Assembly (NCBI GenBank): GCA_046160675.1
Contig: JBJXHH010000131.1
Location: 6,198 to 70,197, forward strand
Origin: Chitinophagales bacterium
GTDB taxonomy: Bacteria; Bacteroidota; Bacteroidia; Chitinophagales; BACL12
Direction: 5' to 3'
Length of the DNA stretch: 64,000 nucleotides
Shown here: positions 18,729-28,022 of the stretch, one piece after another
How the letters are laid out: every line of letters begins with the position of its first letter
Position numbering within the stretch: the first letter of the stretch is position 1
Translations under genes and position numbers: made by a program
The notes under the pieces: generated by a model
What the model was told of the DNA's origin: nothing
Databases searched by the model: none
Seen by the model: the letters and a program-made list of their open reading frames with translations, nothing else

Positions 18729-21107
18729 TCAATTATTCAACTGTTCCTTTTTTCTTTTTGGGAATAGCAGTGGTTTTACTTTTAACTTATCTTCTTCTTC
18801 TGTTGCTGTGAAAAAAATACTGAGTCCTTTTTTATCATAACTTTCGTTAATAGCATCACTCAGGTAAGAGAGGTTTGAAAGTTCAATGTCACCGGAAGTG
18901 AACAGTGTATCAGCAGTTGCAAAAGCTGTGTCGGTACCAAATATTGTTTTTAATGGTACTTCTAAAGTGAGTTCCGTGTTATTTTGCCAACTGTAAATGC
19001 CATCTATATAAACGGTAAACACATCGCTTTTCAGGCGCATCTCATCAATGTGAATGTCACCATCTTTTATTTCAAACTTATGATAGATGTCAGCAAAATG
19101 TACATGAGTGAGATCTTTATCTTTCAGCATGAATTTACCCGCCTGCTCAATCAGCGTTACGTTGTGTAACTCACCATCATATAATGCGTAATTGCCTTTG
19201 CCCTGCAGGCTGAAAGGGTCCATTTTTTTGTTTTTTATTTCGCCGCTGAATTGGATATCCGCCTGTATAGTGCCCTCAATATTTCTTGCAGCTATTTTAT
19301 CCTGGTTGAAATTTTCAAACCCGTTTAGCAAGGTCGGCACATCAATATTTTGCAACTGTGCCTGGAAAGAAAAACAGTCATTCCACCCGCAGTTCTTCAT
19401 TCCACTGAAACTCATGTTTATAGTTCCTTCGCCGATGCGGGCTTTCATGGTGTCAACATTGAGATTGCCTGATGCGTTTCGAATAATCATAGAAAAGTTA
19501 TCTGCAACAAGTTTTTTGTACAATACTTTTTCGCTGTACAAAGAAATTTTTTTAAAGAGCTGTTTGCCTGTCGGTTCTTTTTCTGTTGCCGATACAAGGT
19601 CAAGTAGTTTGTTAACATACAACACATCAGAACGTATAATTATTTCACTTTGTAAATGACTTTGTTTGTTAAGGACAGAAGAAATAATACCTGGAATTTT
19701 TCCTGATATAACAACATTACTTCCAGCAACATACATATTGAATTTGTTTATAAGCAATGTGTTTTCCTGGAGCAGAAGATATGCCTGTATGTTTCGGGCA
19801 AGTTCCTTACCTGAAGTATTTACTGAACCATTTTTGAGCGACACTTTTGCTGAAACATTTTCTTCATGTTCTGCAATTTTTAACTTCCCTTTATACTGTA
19901 CGAACACTTCTATATCACCCTCTGCGAACTTTACATTTCTGCTAAGTATTGTGTTGAATGATGTTGCCGGAGCCGAAGTAGTAAGTGTGACATCAGCAAA
20001 CGGGTCTGTAAGATTGGTAAGTTGCCCTGTGATGCGTAAAGGAATTTTTTTATAATTGCCGTTTATTTTTTCGATATATAATGCAGAGTTAGCAGGGTCA
20101 TTTTGTATTGTTGTATCAAGATGATTAATATAATGTCCGGCAACGTCACAATTTTGTATACTCACCTGAGGAGCCTCAATAGCAGCATTTTGTAACCGGA
20201 AAAAATAATCTACTGCAAGTGGATTGTTTCTTATTGGGGTACCTTTCAACTGTAAAACCGAGTGAACGGGTTTATCAATATTGATCTTGTTGATTGTGTT
20301 TTGGATATTTTTGTTTACTAGGGATTTCCCTGTTTCAAAACCAGTTTCAGGATTTGTTATTTCAATAAACAGGGATGGAGTATCATGAAATAATGCAATT
20401 ACTCCGGCGATGCTGAATTCTTCATCATCAACTTCAAGTTTCGATTTCTCTTCAATTTTTATTTCTGTACCTGTGTTCAGAAAATGAACATCAAAATCAA
20501 TTGCTTTACTCATAAAAAACCCGCCTTTGTATGGCTTGAACACAAGGCTGTCAAACAGAACTTCACCTTTTGTATGAATCTTTTCTTCAGTAACTTCAAT
20601 ATTGAAATAAAGAAATGTGAATGCATGGAATTTATAATAGAATGAATCAACAAACTGAAAATGAATATTTCTTAATTCTATATCATCCACCTCTAAAGTT
20701 TTTTTGCCTTCACCTGGGGCGAAGATCCCCTGTGTATTTAGCCTGTCGTCTTTCGTATAATAAACAGACAATGATCCATCTTGCAAAACAACCTCACTGA
20801 AATGCGCCGAACCCTTCAGATAGCTAAGCACATTTAATTTTAATTGAAGGCGGCTGAGTTTGAGAAAAGGAGCATTGTAAATTGAATCGTTTATTTGCAG
20901 GCCGGAAACAATTACTGTAGCATGAGGAAAATTTTTTAGCCAGTTAATATCAATTTCCTCAATATACAAATCACCCGCTGTCGAACTTTGTAATTTTTCA
21001 ATTGCGATCGCCTCTATCTTTTTATCAAATACAAGAATGAAAATGATAAATAACAGAAACAAACCTCCAGTAATTATGAAGAAGTATTTAAGTATTTTAA
21101 GCATCAT
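18729..21107 (-). CDS. AsmA-family / AsmA-like C-terminal domain protein
   Basis: About 790 aa from ATG at 21107 (MMLKILKYFFIITGGLFLLF TM anchor), followed by a long beta-rich region typical of AsmA/TamB-like lipid-transfer proteins. Confidence 0.6.
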   Translation of the reverse strand: MMLKILKYFFIITGGLFLLFIIFILVFDKKIEAIAIEKLQSSTAGDLYIEEIDINWLKNFPHATVIVSGLQINDSIYNAPFLKLSRLQLKLNVLSYLKGSAHFSEVVLQDGSLSVYYTKDDRLNTQGIFAPGEGKKTLEVDDIELRNIHFQFVDSFYYKFHAFTFLYFNIEVTEEKIHTKGEVLFDSLVFKPYKGGFFMSKAIDFDVHFLNTGTEIKIEEKSKLEVDDEEFSIAGVIALFHDTPSLFIEITNPETGFETGKSLVNKNIQNTINKINIDKPVHSVLQLKGTPIRNNPLAVDYFFRLQNAAIEAPQVSIQNCDVAGHYINHLDTTIQNDPANSALYIEKINGNYKKIPLRITGQLTNLTDPFADVTLTTSAPATSFNTILSRNVKFAEGDIEVFVQYKGKLKIAEHEENVSAKVSLKNGSVNTSGKELARNIQAYLLLQENTLLINKFNMYVAGSNVVISGKIPGIISSVLNKQSHLQSEIIIRSDVLYVNKLLDLVSATEKEPTGKQLFKKISLYSEKVLYKKLVADNFSMIIRNASGNLNVDTMKARIGEGTINMSFSGMKNCGWNDCFSFQAQLQNIDVPTLLNGFENFNQDKIAARNIEGTIQADIQFSGEIKNKKMDPFSLQGKGNYALYDGELHNVTLIEQAGKFMLKDKDLTHVHFADIYHKFEIKDGDIHIDEMRLKSDVFTVYIDGIYSWQNNTELTLEVPLKTIFGTDTAFATADTLFTSGDIELSNLSYLSDAINESYDKKGLSIFFTATEEEDKLKVKPLLFPKRKKEQLNN

Positions 21108-21297
21108 GTGAGATGATGAAAAAGGCAAATACAGTGCGATTAATGCAAACACTTATAAAGAGAGGAACGATGATGAGTCAACTGATAACCTATACCCCTT
21201 GTTGGGGTAAAACCTTCTCAATGTGCAACAAACAGAACATGAGCATTCTATGCAACAGTGGGCTTGTTTTAGCCGTCAAAACCTCGCAACTATTCAC

Positions 21298-21305
21298 TAA
21301 CTTCG
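21298..21305 (+). promoter_or_regulatory. Bacteroidota -7-like promoter box (TAACTTCG)
   Basis: TAnnTT(T/C)G-type octamer 26 nt upstream of the korA ATG. Related boxes occur at 2664-2671, 27852-27859 (minus strand) and 27997-28004. Confidence 0.3.
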
Positions 21306-21330
21306 CACAAAATTTTTAAGAAAAATATCT

Positions 21331-23166
21331 ATGAACATTCAGGTTCTTGAAGATGTAGTTATCAAATTCGCCGGCGACTCAGGCGACGGGATGCAGCTCA
21401 CCGGTGGACAATTCACTAACAATACCGCCCTCATGGGTGCCGACCTTGCAACTTTTCCGGATTTTCCGGCTGAGATCAGGGCACCGATTGGAACGCTTCC
21501 CGGTGTTTCAGGTTTTCAATTACACTTCGGCAGCAGGAAGATCTATACCCCGGGCGATCAATGTGACGTATTGGTAGCAATGAACGTAGCGGCTTTGAAA
21601 GTTAACCTCGGTGGTTTGAAAAAAGGGGCGATCATTATTGCAAACACAGATGGTTTCGATGCAAAAAATATGCGCCTTGCAAATGCTGCCACTAATCCCC
21701 TGGAAGATGGGTCCTTACAAGGATATGAAGTAATTAAAATCGATGTAACCAAGCTGACGAGAGAAGCCCTTACTGATATTACAATGGGAGTGAAAGAAAA
21801 AGATCGATGCAAAAACATGTTTGTGCTCGGCTTTTTGTATTACATGTATTCAAGATCATTGGAGTCAACAGAAAGATTTTTAGAAAGTAAATTCTCTAAA
21901 AAACCTGACATTCTCGAGGCAAATTTAAAAGCATTAAAAGCAGGATATAATTATGCAGACACTACTGAAGTGTTTTCATCAAGATATAAAGTAGAAGCGG
22001 CAAAACTTGATCCCGGTACTTACAGAAGCATCATCGGTAATGATGCTGCAAGCATGGGTTTTATCGCTGCTTCACAAAAAGCTGGTTTGCCTTTGTTTTT
22101 AGGAAGTTATCCTATCACTCCGGCTTCAGACATTTTACATTTTCTAGCGAAGTATAAAAATTTTGGCATCAGGACCTTTCAGGCCGAAGATGAAATTGCA
22201 GCCATTTGTGCAGCTATTGGTGCATCTTTTGGCGGGCACCTTGCAATGACAACAACATCAGGCCCCGGCATTGCATTAAAAGGCGAAGCAATGGGCTTAG
22301 CAGTGATGCTTGAAATTCCTTTAGTTATCGTAAACATTCAGAGAGCAGGGCCAAGTACAGGCATGCCTACAAAAACAGAGCAAGCAGATTTGTTGCAGGC
22401 CTTATACGGAAGAAACGGCGAATGCCCCATGCCTGTAATTGCAGCAGCTACTGCAAGTGATGCATTCGAAACCGCCTTTGAAGCATGTAGAATTTCTTTA
22501 CAACACATGACGCCTGTCATGTTTCTGAGCGATGGGTATATTGCCAATGGCGCAGAGCCGTGGAAATTTCCCAAGGCAGAAGACCTTCCGGAAATAAAGG
22601 TGGAATTCGCAAAACCCATTGAAGACGGAAACGCATACTTACCTTATTCAAGAGATGAAAAATTGGCGAGACCCTGGGCAATACCGGGAACAAAAGGTTT
22701 AGAGCATAGAATTGGGGGGTTAGAAAAAGCAGATATAACTGGAAATATTTCTTATGAGCCTGATAACCATGAACACATGGTGAAATTACGGGAGGAAAAA
22801 GTAGAACGCATTGCCAATTATATCCCTGATCAGAAAATTGCAGCAGGCCCATCAAAAGGAAAAATATTGGTGTTGGGCTGGGGTTCAACGTATGGCGCAA
22901 TTCAAAGTGCTGTGCATCATATTTTAGCGGATGGGTATGAAGTAGCGCATGCCCATTTGCGATACATCAAGCCCTTCCCAAAAAACCTCGGGGAGGTCTT
23001 ATTCAGTTATGATAAAGTGATTATTCCTGAAATAAACAACGGGCAGTTAGTAAAAGTGATAAGAGATAAATTCATGATCCCTGCCATTCCTTACAACAAA
23101 ATAAAAGGAACACCAATAACAAGCGCTGAGTTGATTGAATTTATTATGAAAGAATTGGCTAACTAA
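21331..23166 (+). CDS. korA: 2-oxoglutarate:ferredoxin oxidoreductase, alpha subunit (fused gamma+alpha)
   Basis: 611 aa. N-terminal gamma-like domain (FAGDSGDGMQLTG...FPAEIRAP) and a pyruvate:ferredoxin-oxidoreductase core domain (GSYPITPASDILH). Confidence 0.9.
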   Translation: MNIQVLEDVVIKFAGDSGDGMQLTGGQFTNNTALMGADLATFPDFPAEIRAPIGTLPGVSGFQLHFGSRKIYTPGDQCDVLVAMNVAALKVNLGGLKKGAIIIANTDGFDAKNMRLANAATNPLEDGSLQGYEVIKIDVTKLTREALTDITMGVKEKDRCKNMFVLGFLYYMYSRSLESTERFLESKFSKKPDILEANLKALKAGYNYADTTEVFSSRYKVEAAKLDPGTYRSIIGNDAASMGFIAASQKAGLPLFLGSYPITPASDILHFLAKYKNFGIRTFQAEDEIAAICAAIGASFGGHLAMTTTSGPGIALKGEAMGLAVMLEIPLVIVNIQRAGPSTGMPTKTEQADLLQALYGRNGECPMPVIAAATASDAFETAFEACRISLQHMTPVMFLSDGYIANGAEPWKFPKAEDLPEIKVEFAKPIEDGNAYLPYSRDEKLARPWAIPGTKGLEHRIGGLEKADITGNISYEPDNHEHMVKLREEKVERIANYIPDQKIAAGPSKGKILVLGWGSTYGAIQSAVHHILADGYEVAHAHLRYIKPFPKNLGEVLFSYDKVIIPEINNGQLVKVIRDKFMIPAIPYNKIKGTPITSAELIEFIMKELAN

Positions 23167-23208
23167 TAAAAAAGTAAAATCAAAATATTTTATTCGTAAA
23201 AAGATACA

Positions 23209-24231
23209 ATGAGCGAAACATTAAACCTCACAGCAAAAGATTTTCAAACCGACCAGGAAGTACGCTGGTGTCCCGGTTGCGGCGATTATTCTATTTTGAA
23301 ACAAGTACATACAGTGCTTCCGCAACTTGGCATTCCGAGAGAAAACATCGTAGTCGTTTCAGGCATTGGATGCTCATCCCGGTTTCCTTACTACACAAAT
23401 ACTTTCGGCATGCATTCCATTCATGGAAGAGCTACTGCAGTGGCAAGCGGATTAAAATCGGCAAGGCCAGAACTGAGTGTTTGGATAGTTACAGGTGATG
23501 GCGATGGATTATCTATTGGCGGAAATCATACTATCCATTTGCTGCGAAGAAATTTCAATGTAAATATTTTATTGTTCAACAATGAGATTTACGGATTAAC
23601 AAAAGGGCAATATTCCCCAACATCACCACTTGGAAAAGTTGCCAAGTCAACTCCGATGGGATCAGTTGATCATCCTTTTAACCCAGCAGCTTTAGCATTA
23701 GGCGCTGATGCAACATTTGTTGCAAGAAGTATGGACAGAGATCCCGGTCATTTACAGGAATGTTTGATCAGGGCAAACCAGCACAAAGGCGCATCTTTCC
23801 TGGAAATTTATCAGAACTGCAACATTTTTAACGACATGGCTTTTGAAGTATTCACAGAAAAAGCAACAAAAAAAGAAAACGACCTTTTTGTGCGCCACGG
23901 CCAGCCGTTAGTGTTCGGGGAAAACAATGATAAGGGAATAAAATTGGATGGGTTTACTCCTGTGGTAATAAAATTCAGCGATGGATTTACTGCGGATGAT
24001 TGTTGGGTGCATGATGAAACTGATATTTACAAAGCACAGATTCTTGTGCGTATTTTCGATAACCCGTCTAAAGATGGACATCTGCCAAGGCCTTTTGGCG
24101 TATTCTATGCCAATGAACATCGCCCAACGTATGAGGATATGATGAGTGAACAATTACATGAAGCGATGGGAAAAGGGAAGGGCGACCTGGATAAATTACT
24201 CAAAGGCAGCGAAACCTGGGAGATAAAATGA
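23209..24231 (+). CDS. korB: 2-oxoglutarate:ferredoxin oxidoreductase, beta subunit (TPP-binding)
   Basis: 340 aa with RWCPGCGDYSIL, SGIGCSSRF and the TPP motif TGDGDGLSIGGNH. Confidence 0.9.
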   Translation: MSETLNLTAKDFQTDQEVRWCPGCGDYSILKQVHTVLPQLGIPRENIVVVSGIGCSSRFPYYTNTFGMHSIHGRATAVASGLKSARPELSVWIVTGDGDGLSIGGNHTIHLLRRNFNVNILLFNNEIYGLTKGQYSPTSPLGKVAKSTPMGSVDHPFNPAALALGADATFVARSMDRDPGHLQECLIRANQHKGASFLEIYQNCNIFNDMAFEVFTEKATKKENDLFVRHGQPLVFGENNDKGIKLDGFTPVVIKFSDGFTADDCWVHDETDIYKAQILVRIFDNPSKDGHLPRPFGVFYANEHRPTYEDMMSEQLHEAMGKGKGDLDKLLKGSETWEIK

Positions 24232-24418
24232 GTTGTGAATAGATAAGTGAGCAGATAAATTTACATGATATTGTTAGTGGCGGAATTCAAAACCCGGTAT
24301 CCAATATCCTGCATCCAGCTAAAGTTTCCAGTTTTTGTCACCCCTTTACCCGTTTTGCAAAAACAACCCGCAAGGTGTATCTTGCATCACAATTTATAAA
24401 TCCATCTATCAAATTTTT

Positions 24419-26458
24419 ATGAAAAAAATTGTTTTACTCCTTCTTTGTGCAGCCCCAATATTTGTATGGGCTCAGTGTACAACAACAGATGCCACTGATT
24501 GTGATTGTAAAGACGGCAGTTCAGATTGTGATTTACTGCCCGATATCACAGCATCATACGACTTATTGGCTGAGCCTGATGAAACCCTTGAAGAAGCAGG
24601 CATCTTGTATCTTTCAGTAGGCACACCAAACATTGGTCACGGGCCATTGCGGGTATTACCAACTGACTATTACGTTTGCGGCGGAGATACGATTTACAGC
24701 CCGGGGGGATTGGATGCTTGTGATGATGGAAGCCTTCCAAGCCAGATCATTGAACAAAGGATTTATCATAAAAATGGGGATGACATGAGCTATTGGGACA
24801 GGGAGGCAGGAACAATGACCTATCATCCAACACATGGCCACTTTCATACTGATAACTGGGGAAATTATACATTGCGTAAACCTATAGATGGTGTAACAGA
24901 CCCTACAGAATGGCCAATTATAGGCAACGGAACAAAAATGGGCTTTTGCTTGATGGACCTTGCAAACTGCGCCAGCGGTTCCAGCTACGGGTATTGCAGG
25001 AAAAATGATGGAACTGTACTCACTAACGATGGACCCAATTATGGTTTGGGTGGTGGTAGCTATGACTGCGGAATAAATAACCAGGGTATTTCTTGCGGCT
25101 ATCTTGACATTTATGATTACTACCTGGATGGTATGTGGATTGAAATTCCTGAGGGCGTTTGTAATGGCGATTATTACATCGTTGTTGAAATTGACCCCAA
25201 TAATAATTACCTGGAAGAAGATGATGATAACAATGTGATAACCATGCCTTACACATTAACTGAACAACCCGAGACCGGCGATTTCTTTCCAGTTACAGCC
25301 AGTTCAGACTTGGTACTTTGCGCCGGAGAAACAGTAGAATTATCTGTGGCTGCAGTAGGTTATGCTTATACATGGAGTAACGGCGCTACTACTAACACAA
25401 TCAATGTTTCAGAACCCGGCGAATATTATTGCACAATCAGCCGTGACTGTGGTGAAGGATATTCAGATACAGTAACGGTCTCTATACTCAGTGTTGCAGA
25501 ACCCGTGGCTGATGATGAGGTAGAAGGATGTTATGCTGCTTCCTCTGTATTAACAGCTATTGGCGAACTTGTAACTTGGTATGATGCTGCAACAGGCGGA
25601 ACTATGCTTGGTGCAGGCACATCATTTACTACACCTGTGTTATATGAAGATGTAACATATTATGCTGATAATACAGAAACTGTTACTACTGAAATTCTGG
25701 AACATGTCGGCGAAACAGAACATGCAGGTTCTGATTATAGTTCAGGATCACCTTACAATGGCTACCAGGTTTTTGATGTTTTTAATACCATGACTTTAAA
25801 AACAGTGAAAGTAATTACTGATTATCCGGGCGAAAGAATTATTGAATTAAGAAACGCCTCTGAGGCTGTTTTGCAATCAATAGAAGTTGATATACCTGAA
25901 GGAACTACTGTTATTGACCTGAATTTTGTGATAGAACCTGGAACTAATTACCAACTTGGATCAAACGATGATAAGAATGATGAAGTTTTCGGAGAAATAA
26001 GCCCTTTCCTGAAGAGAAGTACAGAAGGAACAAATTACCCTTACACCATTGATGATATTGTAAGCGTTACCGGTACCAGCTTTGACGGAACAAGATGGTA
26101 TTATTTTTATGATTGGGAAGTAGAAGCTGTAAGTAGTTTTACCTGTTCAAGTGAAAGAATACCTGTTACTGTGAAAGTAGTAGAATGTACGGGCATAAGC
26201 GAAGTGAACAACATTAAAGACCTGAACATTTATCCAAACCCGAGTAACGGCACATTTACTGTTTCATACACAGCAGATGATAACGAATCATCAACAATTA
26301 ATGTATTAAACACTTTAGGTGAAGTTGTTGCAACTCAAAATGCAGGCGGAATAAATGCTACAGCTACATTTAATATCAATGCAGTTGCAGCAGGAACCTA
26401 TACAGTAGAAATTGTTTCAGAAAATAAAGCTGTTCACAGGCAGATAGTAATTGAATAA
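24419..26458 (+). CDS. Secreted multidomain protein: lysyl-oxidase-like copper amine oxidase domain, Ig-like domains and T9SS C-terminal sorting domain
   Basis: ATG at 24419 gives a signal peptide (MKKIVLLLLCAAPIFVWAQ). HGHFH lies at 24833-24847, followed by NGTKMGFCLMD, GYLDIYDYYLDGMWIEIPEG and EEDDDNNV. These are colinear with animal LOX motifs. The C-terminus LNIYPNPSNGTFTV...TYTVEIV is a type-A T9SS sorting domain. Confidence 0.75.
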   Translation: MKKIVLLLLCAAPIFVWAQCTTTDATDCDCKDGSSDCDLLPDITASYDLLAEPDETLEEAGILYLSVGTPNIGHGPLRVLPTDYYVCGGDTIYSPGGLDACDDGSLPSQIIEQRIYHKNGDDMSYWDREAGTMTYHPTHGHFHTDNWGNYTLRKPIDGVTDPTEWPIIGNGTKMGFCLMDLANCASGSSYGYCRKNDGTVLTNDGPNYGLGGGSYDCGINNQGISCGYLDIYDYYLDGMWIEIPEGVCNGDYYIVVEIDPNNNYLEEDDDNNVITMPYTLTEQPETGDFFPVTASSDLVLCAGETVELSVAAVGYAYTWSNGATTNTINVSEPGEYYCTISRDCGEGYSDTVTVSILSVAEPVADDEVEGCYAASSVLTAIGELVTWYDAATGGTMLGAGTSFTTPVLYEDVTYYADNTETVTTEILEHVGETEHAGSDYSSGSPYNGYQVFDVFNTMTLKTVKVITDYPGERIIELRNASEAVLQSIEVDIPEGTTVIDLNFVIEPGTNYQLGSNDDKNDEVFGEISPFLKRSTEGTNYPYTIDDIVSVTGTSFDGTRWYYFYDWEVEAVSSFTCSSERIPVTVKVVECTGISEVNNIKDLNIYPNPSNGTFTVSYTADDNESSTINVLNTLGEVVATQNAGGINATATFNINAVAAGTYTVEIVSENKAVHRQIVIE

Positions 26459-26481
26459 CTAATCAATACAAGAATATTAAT

Positions 26482-26515
26482 GGGACGGATGAATTACATC
26501 CGTCCCTTTTTTTAT
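26482..26515 (+). terminator. Rho-independent terminator
   Basis: Perfect 10-bp stem gggacggatg / catccgtccc with loop aatta, followed by ttttttt. Confidence 0.85.
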
Positions 26516-26638
26516 TTAGAGTTTGTTATTTTTTTGTAAACAGGCAACCCTTTCATAAGCAAGATAATCTCATGAACAATAACACACTATCCCTGTTTCC
26601 CTTAATATCATTTTTATACAATCCTCCCCAGGAAAATT

Positions 26639-26671
26639 TCCCGGCTTATCATCCATGCCGGGATTTTTTTG
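26639..26671 (+). terminator. Second, orphan rho-independent terminator
   Basis: Stem tcccggc (26639-26645) pairs with gccggga (26657-26663), followed by ttttttt. No annotated gene ends here. Confidence 0.6.
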
Positions 26672-26806
26672 TTATAACGGGTTAAGCCTGAAGTAATAAC
26701 TTCTTTCTGAGTTGCTTAGAAGTATTTCGGAATTCGGCGATCAGAAGAAATCAACTCAAATCTTTATATAAGTTTCAGCTGCCTTTTCGCCACTATAAGT
26801 TGCTAC

Positions 26807-27808
26807 TTACTTCTTCTCTAGACCTAACTTCTCTTTTATTTTCTTTTCAATCTCGGCAGCAAGTTCAGGATTGTCAAGCAGGAGTTCTTTTACACCTTCT
26901 CTTCCTTGTCCAAGTTTTGTTCCATCGTAGCTGTACCAGCTACCACTTTTTTGTACTACTCCGCATTCGGCACCAAGGTCAACTATTTCCCCAAGTTTTG
27001 AAATACCTACGCCATACATGATGTCAAATTCTGCCTGACGGAAGGGTGGAGCCACTTTGTTTTTCACCACCTTCACTTTTACCCTGTTTCCTACAGCATC
27101 ATCCTTTTCTTTTATTTGTCCTATGCGGCGAATATCAAGGCGTATTGATGCATAAAATTTCAAAGCGTTTCCCCCGGTAGTAGTTTCAGGGTTACCGAAC
27201 ATTACACCGATTTTTTCCCTGAGCTGGTTAATGAAAATACAGCAACTGCCTGTTTTACTGATGGCCCCGGTAAGTTTACGTAAGGCCTGGCTCATCAATC
27301 GTGCCTGTAAGCCCATTTTGCTTTCTCCCATCTCTCCCTCCAGCTCTCCTTTGGGAACCAGCGCAGCCACAGAGTCAATCACTACAACATCCAGCGCCCC
27401 ACTTCTTATCAAATGTTCAGCTATTTCAAGGGCCTGCTCACCGTTGTCAGGTTGGGATATTAAAAGGTTTTCTGTATCAACACCAAGTTTTTCTGCGTAA
27501 GATTTATCAAAAGCATGTTCAGCATCTATGAAAGCAGCCATGCCCCCCTTTTTTTGTGCCTCGGCGATTACATGAATTGCCAGGGTGGTTTTTCCCGAAG
27601 ACTCAGGACCATAAATTTCAACTACCCGACCCCTCGGAAACCCGCCGATACCCAGTGCAATATCAAGCCCAATGGAGCCGGAAGGGATTACATCCACGGC
27701 AAACTCAGGGCTGTCGCCCAGTTTCATAATTGTTCCTTTGCCGTAGGTTTTATTGAGTGAATCAACCGCAAGGTTGAGGGCTTTTAATTTTTCGCTTGTT
27801 TCTGCCAT
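26807..27808 (-). CDS. recA: Recombinase RecA
   Basis: 333 aa with Walker [14 protein letters not shown] and IDAEHAFD. The L1/L2 regions and overall colinearity with RecA are unambiguous. Confidence 0.97.
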   Translation of the reverse strand: MAETSEKLKALNLAVDSLNKTYGKGTIMKLGDSPEFAVDVIPSGSIGLDIALGIGGFPRGRVVEIYGPESSGKTTLAIHVIAEAQKKGGMAAFIDAEHAFDKSYAEKLGVDTENLLISQPDNGEQALEIAEHLIRSGALDVVVIDSVAALVPKGELEGEMGESKMGLQARLMSQALRKLTGAISKTGSCCIFINQLREKIGVMFGNPETTTGGNALKFYASIRLDIRRIGQIKEKDDAVGNRVKVKVVKNKVAPPFRQAEFDIMYGVGISKLGEIVDLGAECGVVQKSGSWYSYDGTKLGQGREGVKELLLDNPELAAEIEKKIKEKLGLEKK

Positions 27809-27851
27809 AATATTGGGGTTTAACTGTTTTTTAAATCAAATTATTTCTTTG

Positions 27852-27859
27852 CGAAAGTA
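27852..27859 (-). promoter_or_regulatory. Bacteroidota -7-like promoter box (TACTTTCG on the minus strand)
   Basis: Located 44 nt upstream of the recA ATG (27808). Confidence 0.3.
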
Positions 27860-27996
27860 GTGTTTTCAACAGGAAATATTTTACAAAAATCAGGATTGTG
27901 CAAAAGTTTTTATCCTTTTCCTGAATACGATATCACATATCCAAAGCCAGTGTTTTAATATTCGTTAATAAATTCTGCATTCAGGAATTAAGCCTT

Positions 27997-28004
27997 TACC
28001 TTCG
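27997..28004 (+). promoter_or_regulatory. Bacteroidota -7-like promoter box (TACCTTCG)
   Basis: Located 19 nt upstream of the M2 peptidase ATG. The same 9-mer TTACCTTCG occurs at 2663-2671, upstream of the DUF5684-like gene. Confidence 0.3.
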
Positions 28005-28022
28005 CCTGCTAAACCGTTAATT

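Noticed and set aside
24335-24418. TTG-initiated 28-codon extension of the LOX-like ORF
   Set aside because: The ATG at 24419 immediately precedes a canonical signal peptide. The extension would bury it.
26571-26687. 38-codon ORF (MNNNTLSLFPLISFLYNPPQENFPAYHPCRDFFVITG) between the two terminators
   Set aside because: It runs through the terminator hairpin, has no recognisable features and is too weak to call as a gene. It is retained only as context for the orphan-terminator finding.
27918-27987. 9-bp inverted repeat TTCCTGAAT / ATTCAGGAA in the recA-M2 peptidase intergenic region (possible operator)
   Set aside because: A rough estimate (64 kb x ~60 spacings x 4^-9) predicts more than ten such pairs by chance in this window. 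There is no supporting evidence.
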